Positions 9,138-18,268 of a DNA stretch of 64,000 bases are shown piece after piece. The stretch's first letter is position 1. Each line of letters starts with the position of its first letter. The stretch comes from an uncultured virus (IMG/VR IMGVR_UViG_3300008113_000015) (lineage: Duplodnaviria > Heunggongvirae > Uroviricota > Caudoviricetes). The notes beneath the pieces were generated by a model that did not search any database, was not told the origin of the DNA, and saw only the letters and a list, made by a program, of their open reading frames with translations. The position numbers and the translations under genes were made by a program. Location: positions 1 through 64,000 of the IMG/VR virus record IMGVR_UViG_3300008113_000015; one strand, 5' to 3'.

Positions 9138-9425
9138 TTAAGTCAACATCCTGACCAAACCCACAGTGTCAATAGTGGTCAGCAATAGATAGTTAGCCAG
9201 CATGCCAAAACTTCTCCGAGTCCAAGCAGCCCAAGCATAGAGAGCACAGCCAAAGATCCAAACAGGATAAAGAGCAAGAAGCGGAGGATTGGGGACTGTG
9301 AGCGCCATAGTAATACTGCAACCAATACTGATAGCCCAAGCAAGCAACTCAATAGCAAAGCGAATTCTGTTAGACTTAAAGTCATCTCTGATCCAGCTAA
9401 ATGTGTTAAGCAGTATATCGTTCAT
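9138..9425 (-). CDS. small membrane protein
   Basis: About three hydrophobic segments. Confidence 0.7.
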   Translation of the reverse strand: MNDILLNTFSWIRDDFKSNRIRFAIELLAWAISIGCSITMALTVPNPPLLALYPVWIFGCALYAWAAWTRRSFGMLANYLLLTTIDTVGLVRMLT

Positions 9426-10431
9426 AAACCTGTTGACTGGCTAGATTCTTGCCTTTGGCCTCACACTCAATATCAAACTTGTCAGCAAAGGACAATGCCC
9501 AATCAGTCACAGCATCGTTCCAGTAGAAGTCACTGTGAGCACGGAGCTTTTGCTTTTTATAACCTCTACCAAGAAGGGAAGCAAGGTCTGGGCGAACTCG
9601 TCGATCATGGTCAACCAAAATATCTTCGCGACTAACTGAGTAATGAAGAACAGGACGAATACCACGCCAAGAGTCAATAACCCTTGCAACGCGATCATCT
9701 TGTGGGGAGATGTATTCGCCGCTGTTGATCCAATGGTGGTGTATGTCCAGTACGAGAGCCACATGCTCAGCCACAAGTAAAGTAGTGTCAAGTCCATTAG
9801 ATATTTCGTCGTTTTCTATAGTTATGAGATTTCGAGCCTCGGGACTCAATCGCTTGAGTGTTTGTAAAAACTTAGCAGGGCCGCCTTTGCCTGACAGGTG
9901 CACGTTGATACCAAAGCCATGATCATGCCAAGTGCTACCATAGCCCATCCAACGTGCCATGTCTGCATGGTATTCAAATTCTTCCACGCTACGATCCACA
10001 ATTTCGTCGCTTTCCGAAGCCAGCACACAAAACTGTCCTGGATGAAAATCCAAACGCACATCCAGCCTGCGAGCAGTTTCGCCAATGGGTGCAAATATCT
10101 TTTCAAGATGACGCTGAATGTCGGACTGTTGCCACCAGGCCTTCCAGTCGCGTTCAGTGTAGCCTTGTAGCATTTCACTGCCCAGACGCACCATGCGTCG
10201 ATTTTTAGGTAGTGTAGCCACACGCTCGATCATTTTTACAGCGGCAGCGGCATTGTGATTCATGATATCCCACTGTCGCTGTTCGGCTTCGTCGCGATGC
10301 TCGCGCAGCCAGCGCATGGTAGTTGAACGCCCGTTAAGGTCCCGATCTTTTGCATTGACTTTCATGCCGCCGCATTCGGACGGATCATTAAGCCACTTGC
10401 AACAAAAGCCAATTCGAGGATGTGTATTCAT
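9406..10431 (-). CDS. uvsE: UV damage endonuclease
   Basis: RIGFCC, RLDFHPGQF, IENDE, LDIHHH, AHSD, ECEAKGK. Confidence 0.9.
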   Translation of the reverse strand: MNTHPRIGFCCKWLNDPSECGGMKVNAKDRDLNGRSTTMRWLREHRDEAEQRQWDIMNHNAAAAVKMIERVATLPKNRRMVRLGSEMLQGYTERDWKAWWQQSDIQRHLEKIFAPIGETARRLDVRLDFHPGQFCVLASESDEIVDRSVEEFEYHADMARWMGYGSTWHDHGFGINVHLSGKGGPAKFLQTLKRLSPEARNLITIENDEISNGLDTTLLVAEHVALVLDIHHHWINSGEYISPQDDRVARVIDSWRGIRPVLHYSVSREDILVDHDRRVRPDLASLLGRGYKKQKLRAHSDFYWNDAVTDWALSFADKFDIECEAKGKNLASQQVYERYTA

Positions 10432-10437
10432 GCAGTT

Positions 10438-10466
10438 ATTATACAATAATCTGCATATATTATCAA
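10438..10466 (-). promoter_or_regulatory. sigma70 promoter producing leaderless uvsE mRNA
   Basis: TTGATA-N17-TATAAT-N6-ATG. Confidence 0.7.
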
Positions 10467-11383
10467 CCTTGAGATGCCCGAATTAGGTCTAGCGTAACAC
10501 AATGAAATCCGCCGCCTAGTGTGCGACTGTGGCGTAATTCCAACGGAATCACAGTGAAACCTTTCTTTTCCAGGGTATTGGCAAGAGATGTCTGTCTTTT
10601 ATCACATATAACTGTGTTTGGGTCTACTGCAAGCATATTAAGGGCAATCCATTTTGATGCATACGGGTACTGATAAAAGTCTTGGGGCACAACCTCATCC
10701 ACAAAAATCTTCTCCCAATCGCGGAACACGTTTGGGCAGTTGGATTCGTTGACTCTTGATCCATTTAATAACACCAACCCTTCTCTCAGCGGAACCACGG
10801 TTGAATCAATATGCACGCCAGCATAAAAATTACACAATTCGATTTCTACCGTGGGAAATACATCACACAACCATTCGTATGCTGCTCGATTGCCTGAAGC
10901 TGATTCTAAGAACAACATCCGGTCTCCCAGACGACAGATATTAGCAGCATCTAGCACCATGCCTGAATTTCTGGGCATAAAATGATAGTGTTCTACAGCA
11001 TCCACAATATCGTGATAGCACTGTAGTTCCATGTCTCTACAGGGATACATCATGGCAGGATCTACAATGGTGTTGCCGTAGACCAACAGCCGGTCACGAG
11101 GGCAATAGTTATACATGCCGTCGTGCACTTGGAAGTTCAGTGGTTCTGGACGCACAACTTCGACCCCTAGGCTCGACAGTGTCATTGCCAGTTTGTTGAG
11201 ATCCTCGTTGGTTTCGTCAATGATGTGTTGTGGCACTGGACCGCTGGGCACAGGCGTTTCAGTCCAGGTTGTTTTTTGTGATTCTTGAGAAAATACAGGA
11301 TCCAGCACAGGCCAGTTGGCATGGGAAGCATCACCGACCACAATTTTTTTCAGTGGGCTCCACTCGTCGTAGCTAGATATCAT
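10463..11383 (-). CDS. amidinotransferase (glycine / scyllo-inosamine-phosphate type)
   Basis: SYDEWSPL, CPRD, DAAN, HIDST, LGGGFHCVTLD (catalytic Cys). Confidence 0.9.
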   Translation of the reverse strand: MISSYDEWSPLKKIVVGDASHANWPVLDPVFSQESQKTTWTETPVPSGPVPQHIIDETNEDLNKLAMTLSSLGVEVVRPEPLNFQVHDGMYNYCPRDRLLVYGNTIVDPAMMYPCRDMELQCYHDIVDAVEHYHFMPRNSGMVLDAANICRLGDRMLFLESASGNRAAYEWLCDVFPTVEIELCNFYAGVHIDSTVVPLREGLVLLNGSRVNESNCPNVFRDWEKIFVDEVVPQDFYQYPYASKWIALNMLAVDPNTVICDKRQTSLANTLEKKGFTVIPLELRHSRTLGGGFHCVTLDLIRASQG

Positions 11384-11898
11384 AGGTGTCCTGTAATTTG
11401 CAATGTATAACGATCTTCTAAACCGACGTTTGCTGCCATGTGTGGTGTGTTATAAACCCATTCTACTGTGTCTCCGGCACGCCAGTTTACGTATGGTTTG
11501 CCTTCAACTTCTAAATAGTGGCCTGGTTTCCAATCTTCCAGCAACAGCAATGCCCGTCTAATGGTATGTTCATGACCTTCAAGATCAAACAGTTCAATAT
11601 AGCGTTTGTAAAGATCACTGTGTACTGGCATCACTGTGCCTGTGGGCATGCGATAAAAAGCAAGACCAATATTTCGCCAACCTTGCTCGGCATAGATGTT
11701 GATGAACTTGCTAGCCCAGTTAGGTAAACGATGTCGCATGTCGCACAAGTCGCCACAGATTTTATCGTTGTATCCTTGACTGAGCCATAGGCTCACTGTG
11801 TCAGGATCATTGAACGGTTCTTGGATGTAGTCCAGTGTTTTGAACTCATCATCCCAGAACCGGTCTATGTGATACTTAATGCTTACGGGTGTTGCCAT
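11380..11898 (-). CDS. 2OG-Fe(II) oxygenase-like protein
   Basis: HSD...H facial triad, distal R. Confidence 0.7.
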   Translation of the reverse strand: MATPVSIKYHIDRFWDDEFKTLDYIQEPFNDPDTVSLWLSQGYNDKICGDLCDMRHRLPNWASKFINIYAEQGWRNIGLAFYRMPTGTVMPVHSDLYKRYIELFDLEGHEHTIRRALLLLEDWKPGHYLEVEGKPYVNWRAGDTVEWVYNTPHMAANVGLEDRYTLQITGHL

Positions 11899-12951
11899 AG
11901 TGAACAACTTTGACTGAGCTGGTTGAAGCCAGTTTGCGCCACGGATCAACAATTACTGATCCTGGTTTGATATCACAATAGGCCTGTGTGTCTTTTTGTT
12001 CACCGGTGTACTCATAAGTGATCTTGCGATTGTGTGCCCACAAATACACAGCAGGTTGGTTGACTTCTGTAACCACTTCGTCCTGGTTGTCTGCTAACGG
12101 ATCGACATACACCACAGGCATGCCTGCTTCTTTGACATAGTGTCCAACCAAGGTAGAGTATGAACCAATACAGTATTCAACATCGGGCTTGTAGGCTTTG
12201 CCGTGAATCACAATAGGCAGGCCTGTTTTCTTAGCCTCTTCAACCAGGAACAGACCCAAGTTTTTGGCCTGGATCTCACGAGCATGCATAATTGTGTCAA
12301 ACAAGTCATAGCCCACTTCATAGTGTTCGGCCAACCAACGCAGGGCAATGTAGCTGAAATGTAGGTGTTGTAGAAGATCTTGATGGCTTCGCATTCGTCC
12401 CAGGTACCAATCTCGTAGCGTGGATCGTTGTTCATGATGGTCTTGTACAGTTCAATTAACTCACCAGCAACGCCAGTAAGGTCACCATCTTCTGTGCCAA
12501 TGATAACCATTTCAGGATTGGCCATATCCCACTTCACTGAGCCCATGGCAATCAAGTACGGGTTGTACAAGAACTGGTGTTTAGGATCTAGCAATGTAAT
12601 AAATTTGCTACGAGTAGTACCGGGCAATACTGTACTAATCAATACAACCTTTTTGCTGGACTTGGCGTGCTGATTGACTTTTGTAATAGCGTCAATTACA
12701 GCATCGTGGCCAAAGTCTCGAGGCTCCATGTGACTCGATGGCACTGAACCGTCATAGCCTTCGGCATGCGGAGTGGGCACTGCAATAAAGATCCAGTCAC
12801 TTTTGTTCACAAGTTCTTCAATGTCGCAGACTTTTACACTGTCGCTTTGTCGTGGGTAAATATCGTAACCACGCACTTCGTGCTTTTCTGCCATAACTTC
12901 GGCACAATCAAGGCCAAGTTTACCGATACCAATAAAACCAATTTTTTCCAT
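11876..12951 (-). pseudogene. UDP-glucose/GDP-mannose dehydrogenase family gene, frameshifted with apparent internal deletion
   Basis: GIGKLG Rossmann motif, IAVPTP, STVLPG, IKIFYN in one frame; IALR...GKAYKPD...DP in another; no catalytic GxCxPxD segment. Confidence 0.75.
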
Positions 12952-12954
12952 ATA

Positions 12955-14217
12955 ATGAGCGTTCCTTTAGATAGATTATACAATCACATAGACAGTCTTT
13001 GCGACCATGACGTAATAATTTATCGCTTTTTTCCGCATGGTTCGAAAAAACTCAGTGATTTAAAAATGTTACAATCATGGAACTGGTTTGAATATATGAC
13101 TCGACCATTGGCAATATTTCACGATCAGGAGCCGTTAGACTACGATCTCTACAGCCAACAAGAAGTGTTAGCAACCATTGAGTGTTATGGATTGCCCGCG
13201 GTCATGCAGGACATTGCCAAACATACACATTTACGCGGAGTAACCTCGGGGATTCTGGGAGTGTGTGACAAATCAATCATTGTTCACTCAGAGCAAAACA
13301 GTAGTGAAATTCAAAAATATGAACACAATGATTTTGTTGGCGTGTATTGGTGGAGTCATGCAGCAATTGCAAGAGATTGGTTTAGATATGCCGAGCATGA
13401 TCCTAACTTAACATTCCGGCACAATCGCAGTCACAAAGATTTCCTGATCTACAACCGAGCTTGGCAAGGAACCAGGGAATACAGATTAAAATTTGCTGAA
13501 CTGTTGGTGCAGGCTGATTTGATAAAAGACTGCAATACAAAATTTTCAGCCACAGACAACCAACAGTACTACAGTCAACATCAGTTTGTCAACCCACAAT
13601 TTCAAGTTTCTACGGCTCTAGAAAACTATATTCCTACAAACAACCATGATGCCAGCGCCAGTGCTGACTATGACAGCAATGACTATCAGACGTCAAACAT
13701 AGAAGTAGTACTAGAAACACTGTTTGATGACACACGATGGCATCTAACTGAAAAAAGCCTAAGACCTATTGCTGTTGGCAAGCCATTTTTGTTGATGTCC
13801 ACACCTGGCAGCTTGAAATATCTTCGCAGTTATGGGTTTGAAACTTTTGCGCCGCTGATTGATGAAAGCTACGATAGTATCGTTGATCCTGTAGACCGCA
13901 TGCTCGCAGTGATCAAAGAAATGCAACGTATATCTCAACTGGGTGCCAGTGCAAAAACAGCATTGTATCAAGAACTCAATAACATCGCTGCAAGAAACAA
14001 ACAACGTTTTTTCAGCAGAGCTTGGCAAGATCAAATATTTGCTGAGTTGAAAACGAATCTAGAAGAAAAAATCAATTACTTGAACAACAACTGTGTTGGT
14101 GCAAAGTTTTGGAAGCAGGCTAATCCTGAACCAGCGCAACGATTAGTTGGTATAAAAACAGCCGTTGGCAACGAAATAGAACAGTTTAGTCAGTGGATGA
14201 AGTCAAAAGGCCTTTGA
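12955..14217 (+). CDS. putative glycosyltransferase-like phage protein
   Basis: VLETLF...LTEKSLRPIAVGKPF...LRSYGFETF..IDESYD GT-B-like C-terminus; start corrected. Confidence 0.5.
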   Translation: MSVPLDRLYNHIDSLCDHDVIIYRFFPHGSKKLSDLKMLQSWNWFEYMTRPLAIFHDQEPLDYDLYSQQEVLATIECYGLPAVMQDIAKHTHLRGVTSGILGVCDKSIIVHSEQNSSEIQKYEHNDFVGVYWWSHAAIARDWFRYAEHDPNLTFRHNRSHKDFLIYNRAWQGTREYRLKFAELLVQADLIKDCNTKFSATDNQQYYSQHQFVNPQFQVSTALENYIPTNNHDASASADYDSNDYQTSNIEVVLETLFDDTRWHLTEKSLRPIAVGKPFLLMSTPGSLKYLRSYGFETFAPLIDESYDSIVDPVDRMLAVIKEMQRISQLGASAKTALYQELNNIAARNKQRFFSRAWQDQIFAELKTNLEEKINYLNNNCVGAKFWKQANPEPAQRLVGIKTAVGNEIEQFSQWMKSKGL

Positions 14218-15049
14218 GTCTCTCAAAAACTGCATCGTAGTTGTTGACAGTGTCCGATGCAAAATCAAAACTCAACATGTTCATCTGTGGGTTTTTGTCA
14301 CTGATAACATTGAAGGTTTGTGGAAAATCATTGTGTGTGACTTGCTCTAGTTTCTTAAATTCAAACCGACGTTGTTCTACTAGATCAACTGCACTGCCTT
14401 GTGCCAGTACCCAATTACCCAAAACTTCATACTCACTGAACCACTTGACATTGGCCACATAGTCCCACGGAGTGTATTCAATCATAGCATCCAGTACATT
14501 CATGCCATGACGTTGTTCAATAAGGCGTTTTAGATTAGCCCAGTCCTGACTGAACACAGGCATCATGTCGCATACAAAACAGTGAGGGGTCTGTCGCTCT
14601 AGACCAGTGATTGCTTGGAACCCTTCGTAGTATCCAGGAGCATGTTTTATGTTGGGCAGGTTCCAGAGTTGCAATCGCCCTTCAACTTGGTACTGATATG
14701 GGCTAGTGCAAAAAGTATCTGCATCGTGCAAGAACAATATGTCATGATCCAACAAGTCAATCATGGCCAGTTTCAAGGCCTGTTGAAACAACCAGGCACC
14801 GCGATAGTCGCCGCTAATGTTCCAGTTTTTTACAGTTGGGCGTTGATCAATAACTTCTTGGTCAGTGAGATACACAAAGTTTGAAGTATCAATGCCGTAT
14901 TTGACAAACACAGAATTTAATCGTTGTCCATTCAATGGCGAAACAATGTAGGTCTGGTCTACAGGCTGTAGATAACGATCAAATTGCAGTGTTAAACAGG
15001 CGTTGCCAATACGATGGGCGCCTACTGGCATTATTCGTGCTGTTCTCAC
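14186..15049 (-). CDS. GT-A-like nucleotide-diphospho-sugar transferase
   Basis: WLFQQALKL, DAD motif, FSEYE. Confidence 0.55.
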   Translation of the reverse strand: MRTARIMPVGAHRIGNACLTLQFDRYLQPVDQTYIVSPLNGQRLNSVFVKYGIDTSNFVYLTDQEVIDQRPTVKNWNISGDYRGAWLFQQALKLAMIDLLDHDILFLHDADTFCTSPYQYQVEGRLQLWNLPNIKHAPGYYEGFQAITGLERQTPHCFVCDMMPVFSQDWANLKRLIEQRHGMNVLDAMIEYTPWDYVANVKWFSEYEVLGNWVLAQGSAVDLVEQRRFEFKKLEQVTHNDFPQTFNVISDKNPQMNMLSFDFASDTVNNYDAVFERLKGLLTSSTD

Positions 15050-15068
15050 AATGATTCCCGGTAAAATC

Positions 15069-15431
15069 TTATTTACCGGGTTGTGTCAGTGTTCCGTCCC
15101 AGTCGTCTGCTGGCGGGGTTTCTCGGAATGTTTTAATACGTTCTAAAAGATTGTCGTAAAAACTGTCAAGCTCGCCAGACCATTTTCCCTTGAGTGTTTC
15201 GCCGATGGCCTGCTCGCAGTACTCCCAGTGACGTTGCTTGTAGTGTTTGATTACATTTTCGTGCAGCTCTTTGAGATTTGCTGCCACAGGAAATTCGGTT
15301 AGTGGAATGCGCTCAATTAAACAGTAAGCAGTCACCGGCAACATTTCTGGTGGTCTACGCACAGTGTCTAGTTCCAATACCGTATAGCTGTCAGGTACGT
15401 TTTGTGCCACTTCGCCAAATATAATGTGCAT
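15069..15431 (-). CDS. hypothetical protein resembling the C-terminal tail of class III nucleotide cyclases
   Basis: ELDTV...HYKQRHW...Y..RI...PPADDWDG. Confidence 0.45.
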   Translation of the reverse strand: MHIIFGEVAQNVPDSYTVLELDTVRRPPEMLPVTAYCLIERIPLTEFPVAANLKELHENVIKHYKQRHWEYCEQAIGETLKGKWSGELDSFYDNLLERIKTFRETPPADDWDGTLTQPGK

Positions 15432-15452
15432 GTTAATTCCTTTTAAATATGT

Positions 15453-16244
15453 ATGATGAGTTTTGTATTTGATTTAATTTCTGATTTACATGTTGACACA
15501 TGGGACGAAAACAATTGGGAAGGTATTGCTACCAGCCCAGTTTGTGTGGTGGCAGGAGATGTCAGCAAAGATCGAGCCCAGGTAGTTGACACACTGCGAC
15601 GACTGGGTAAAACCTACCAAGCGGTGTTCTACATTGATGGCAACGACGAACATCAGGCCTATCTTGGTAACCTGGGCTACAGTTATGCTGATCTAGTTGG
15701 CAAAATTAACAAAATACCCAATCTAGTCTATCTACAAGACAACGTGGTTGTGATAGATGGTGTGGCCATTATTGGTACCAATGGTTGGTGGGGATTTGAT
15801 TTTGATCTAAGTGTAGACGGTCTTGCTAGTGCAGAATGGTACAAAGAAAAATTTTCTCTCAGTAACGAAGCCATCAAGGCTATCAGCAAAATGGCTACCA
15901 ACGATGCTATGTATCTAATCAATTCAGTAAAACGCCTACAAACTCATTTGGACGTAAACAAAATTGTAATAGTAACTCACACTGTGCCTAACGCTGCATT
16001 GATCTCGCATGACATTGATCTAGAAGGCAAGCTCAAGTTTAATACCATGGGCAACCGCTACATGGATCAGGTGCTAGATGCAGACACTGAAAACAAAATA
16101 CATACCTGGTGCTTTGGACACTATCATGGCTCAGTGGATCAGCATAAAAATAATATTCGCTATGTAAACAACTGTAGAGGCAGGGGTGATACACCTTATA
16201 AAAAATATGTGTACCACCCTTTGCGTGTGGTTATAGATTATTGA
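15453..16244 (+). CDS. calcineurin-like metallophosphoesterase
   Basis: SDLH, AGD, GNDE, THTVP, FGHYH. Confidence 0.85.
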   Translation: MMSFVFDLISDLHVDTWDENNWEGIATSPVCVVAGDVSKDRAQVVDTLRRLGKTYQAVFYIDGNDEHQAYLGNLGYSYADLVGKINKIPNLVYLQDNVVVIDGVAIIGTNGWWGFDFDLSVDGLASAEWYKEKFSLSNEAIKAISKMATNDAMYLINSVKRLQTHLDVNKIVIVTHTVPNAALISHDIDLEGKLKFNTMGNRYMDQVLDADTENKIHTWCFGHYHGSVDQHKNNIRYVNNCRGRGDTPYKKYVYHPLRVVIDY

Positions 16245-16549
16245 ACAGTGTCTGGTTCAAGTTTGATCTGCAATGGATAACTTTGAGCTCGGGCACTTAC
16301 AGTAACTTCAATACCTTTTTGTTCAGCAATTTCGTAGGGCAACACCGCAACCACAGCCGAACCTGCTTCATGAATATCTTCTGTGATGGTAAACGCAGTT
16401 TCTTCAGTGTAGTCAAAAAACTCCATTAAACTTTCAATCACAAACTCCATGGTGGTCTGATTGTCGTTGAGATAGATCACCTTGTACATCGGCGGTTCTT
16501 TGATTGATGTATTTGTTTTGACTCGTGATCTGATTTCAGATTGCGACAT
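16238..16549 (-). CDS. clpS: Clp protease adaptor
   Basis: PPMYKVIYLNDNQTTMEFV...IHEAGSAVV...YEIAEQK; start corrected. Confidence 0.92.
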   Translation of the reverse strand: MSQSEIRSRVKTNTSIKEPPMYKVIYLNDNQTTMEFVIESLMEFFDYTEETAFTITEDIHEAGSAVVAVLPYEIAEQKGIEVTVSARAQSYPLQIKLEPDTVQ

Positions 16550-17225
16550 TTTTTTCTCCTTTGTTGTAATGTGCATGAATTTGCACAAGGTCTTTGTTGA
16601 TAAACTTGTTGTATTTGTGCCAGTTTCCTGAGCAATGTATCTGTGATGCCAAGAAGAATACACCACTACCAGCAGTATAACGGAAAACACCGTCGGGTGT
16701 CAACCAGTCCAAAAAGTGTTGCTGATGAACTGGGTCAATTGAATGTTCAAGATCTTCAGTTTCGCTGATGTTGCAGATCTTGGTTGCAGGATTGGGCGCA
16801 GGTGTAGCCCAGTCGTACAGCATTTGACTCAGGTGGTCGTTGCTGTTGGCTTCTTCTTTGCACAGTATCACATTGAATTCGGGATGCGTATCCAATGCAA
16901 TAATAACAGTGTAGGTAGGAACATCAAAGTGTTTGCAGTAATCGTCCACATGTGTGCTGTGGGGCAGACTTTGACGCTGATAGTTGGCCCATATGTTTTC
17001 ACACCCAGGCAAAAAGTGATGGGTGACTCTTTGTACAATATCCCAGCACTGTTGACTTTTTGAAGGTTCAATCAACAGTCTATGATCAATTATGGGTCCT
17101 TGGTCCACCATGAGATGATCATCGGTAGTAGCATTCACGTACTTTTCTGTAGAGAATGTGTTGTAGTATTGTTTGAATAATTCAATCTCATCTGCAGAAA
17201 TGAGATTGTGTTCGATTTGAGCCAT
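16536..17225 (-). CDS. 2OG-Fe(II) oxygenase-like protein
   Basis: HVD...IHCS, distal K. Confidence 0.55.
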   Translation of the reverse strand: MAQIEHNLISADEIELFKQYYNTFSTEKYVNATTDDHLMVDQGPIIDHRLLIEPSKSQQCWDIVQRVTHHFLPGCENIWANYQRQSLPHSTHVDDYCKHFDVPTYTVIIALDTHPEFNVILCKEEANSNDHLSQMLYDWATPAPNPATKICNISETEDLEHSIDPVHQQHFLDWLTPDGVFRYTAGSGVFFLASQIHCSGNWHKYNKFINKDLVQIHAHYNKGEKNVAI

Positions 17226-17236
17226 GGTGTTCCTAA

Positions 17237-17260
17237 ACAGTGGCAGTTTCCTGCCACTGT
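17237..17260 (-). terminator. 10-bp GAAA hairpin after hsp20 (probable terminator)
   Basis: ACAGTGGCAG-GAAA-CTGCCACTGT, short T-tail. Confidence 0.6.
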
Positions 17261-17273
17261 ATTTACTCTGACA

Positions 17274-17732
17274 TCAAGCAGTGTAGCTGATAGCAATGGT
17301 CTTTGGCTTGGCGTCTTCAGGAACTTCACGTGTTAGGTGTATGTTCAAGATGCCCAGTTCAAGATGCGCATTGCTGATCTCCACGTGGTCAGCTAATTGA
17401 AATTCTCTACGAAAACTTCTTTCACTGATGCCTTTGTGCAGATATTTTGCAGTGGCGTCTTCATTGTCCACAGTTTCGCGGCTGTGTTTGCCTTCGATGA
17501 TCAAGACTTTTTTGTCCTTGGTCACTGAAAGATTGTCGTGCCCAAAGCCGGCTACGGCCACGCTGATCATGTACTCGTCATCATTGATTTGTACAATATC
17601 GTAGGGTGGGTAGTTGGTGTTGCCTTGTTGCGCATTCAATCGCATTAGTTCATCAAACATTGAATCAAAACCGATACCAAATTTGTGAATTGCGGGAATG
17701 TCGAAAGAACGAAGGGTGAGAGTTTTTGTCAT
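17274..17732 (-). CDS. small heat shock protein (Hsp20/IbpA family)
   Basis: GIGFD, NYPPYDI, AVAGF, YLHKGISERSFRREF, GILNIHL. Confidence 0.95.
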   Translation of the reverse strand: MTKTLTLRSFDIPAIHKFGIGFDSMFDELMRLNAQQGNTNYPPYDIVQINDDEYMISVAVAGFGHDNLSVTKDKKVLIIEGKHSRETVDNEDATAKYLHKGISERSFRREFQLADHVEISNAHLELGILNIHLTREVPEDAKPKTIAISYTA

Positions 17733-17805
17733 TTGTTTTCTCCTTTATTAAGCAAGATGACTTTTGAAATGTAGCCCGACCATCGGCACTACAAACATAT
17801 TTATA
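17733..17805 (-). promoter_or_regulatory. TATAAATA late-type promoter plus ROSE-like leader
   Basis: TATAAATA at 17798-17805; UGUAGU-G-CCGA/UCGG-GCUACA hairpin; CUUGCU-UAAUAA-AGGAG. Confidence 0.65.
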
Positions 17806-17824
17806 CAGGAAATCTCAACTCTTG

Positions 17825-18043
17825 TCAAGATTTTTCGATATTTTTTATTTCGTAATCGCATGCAACCCAGGTCATAGCAAAAAGAGTAAAATGCTCTGGG
17901 TGATTTAACCCAAGTCGATATTTTAAGCCTTTGGCAACTTTGGTTGTGTAAGGTATCTTGTAGCGGTTGGCCCAGGCGTTAACTGTATCTTTGAGACTAT
18001 CGAAACTGTCCATGCTTGTGACAATATCAAACTCAATGTACAT
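17825..18043 (-). CDS. hypothetical protein
   Basis: ORF coupled to the rpsU stop. Confidence 0.6.
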   Translation of the reverse strand: MYIEFDIVTSMDSFDSLKDTVNAWANRYKIPYTTKVAKGLKYRLGLNHPEHFTLFAMTWVACDYEIKNIEKS

Positions 18044-18267
18044 TAGAACATTTTTTTGGGCAGTTCTTGTTCACGCAGTTTCTTACGCCAGCGTTGTTTG
18101 GCTGCTGACGCTCTGAGTTTGCGTTGAGTTGTGGGTTTGATATAGTGTTCACGATCTCGCAGATCATTTAGCATGCCCGAAGCAGCAATTTTCTTTTTGA
18201 ATTTACGCAAGGCACGATCTACGTTGCCGTCTTGTACCAGTACTGATCTTCCGTGTAGTTTTTCCAT
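18043..18267 (-). CDS. rpsU: ribosomal protein bS21
   Basis: VDRALRKFKKK...LRDREHYIKPTTQRK. Confidence 0.9.
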   Translation of the reverse strand: MEKLHGRSVLVQDGNVDRALRKFKKKIAASGMLNDLRDREHYIKPTTQRKLRASAAKQRWRKKLREQELPKKMF

Positions 18268-18268
18268 G

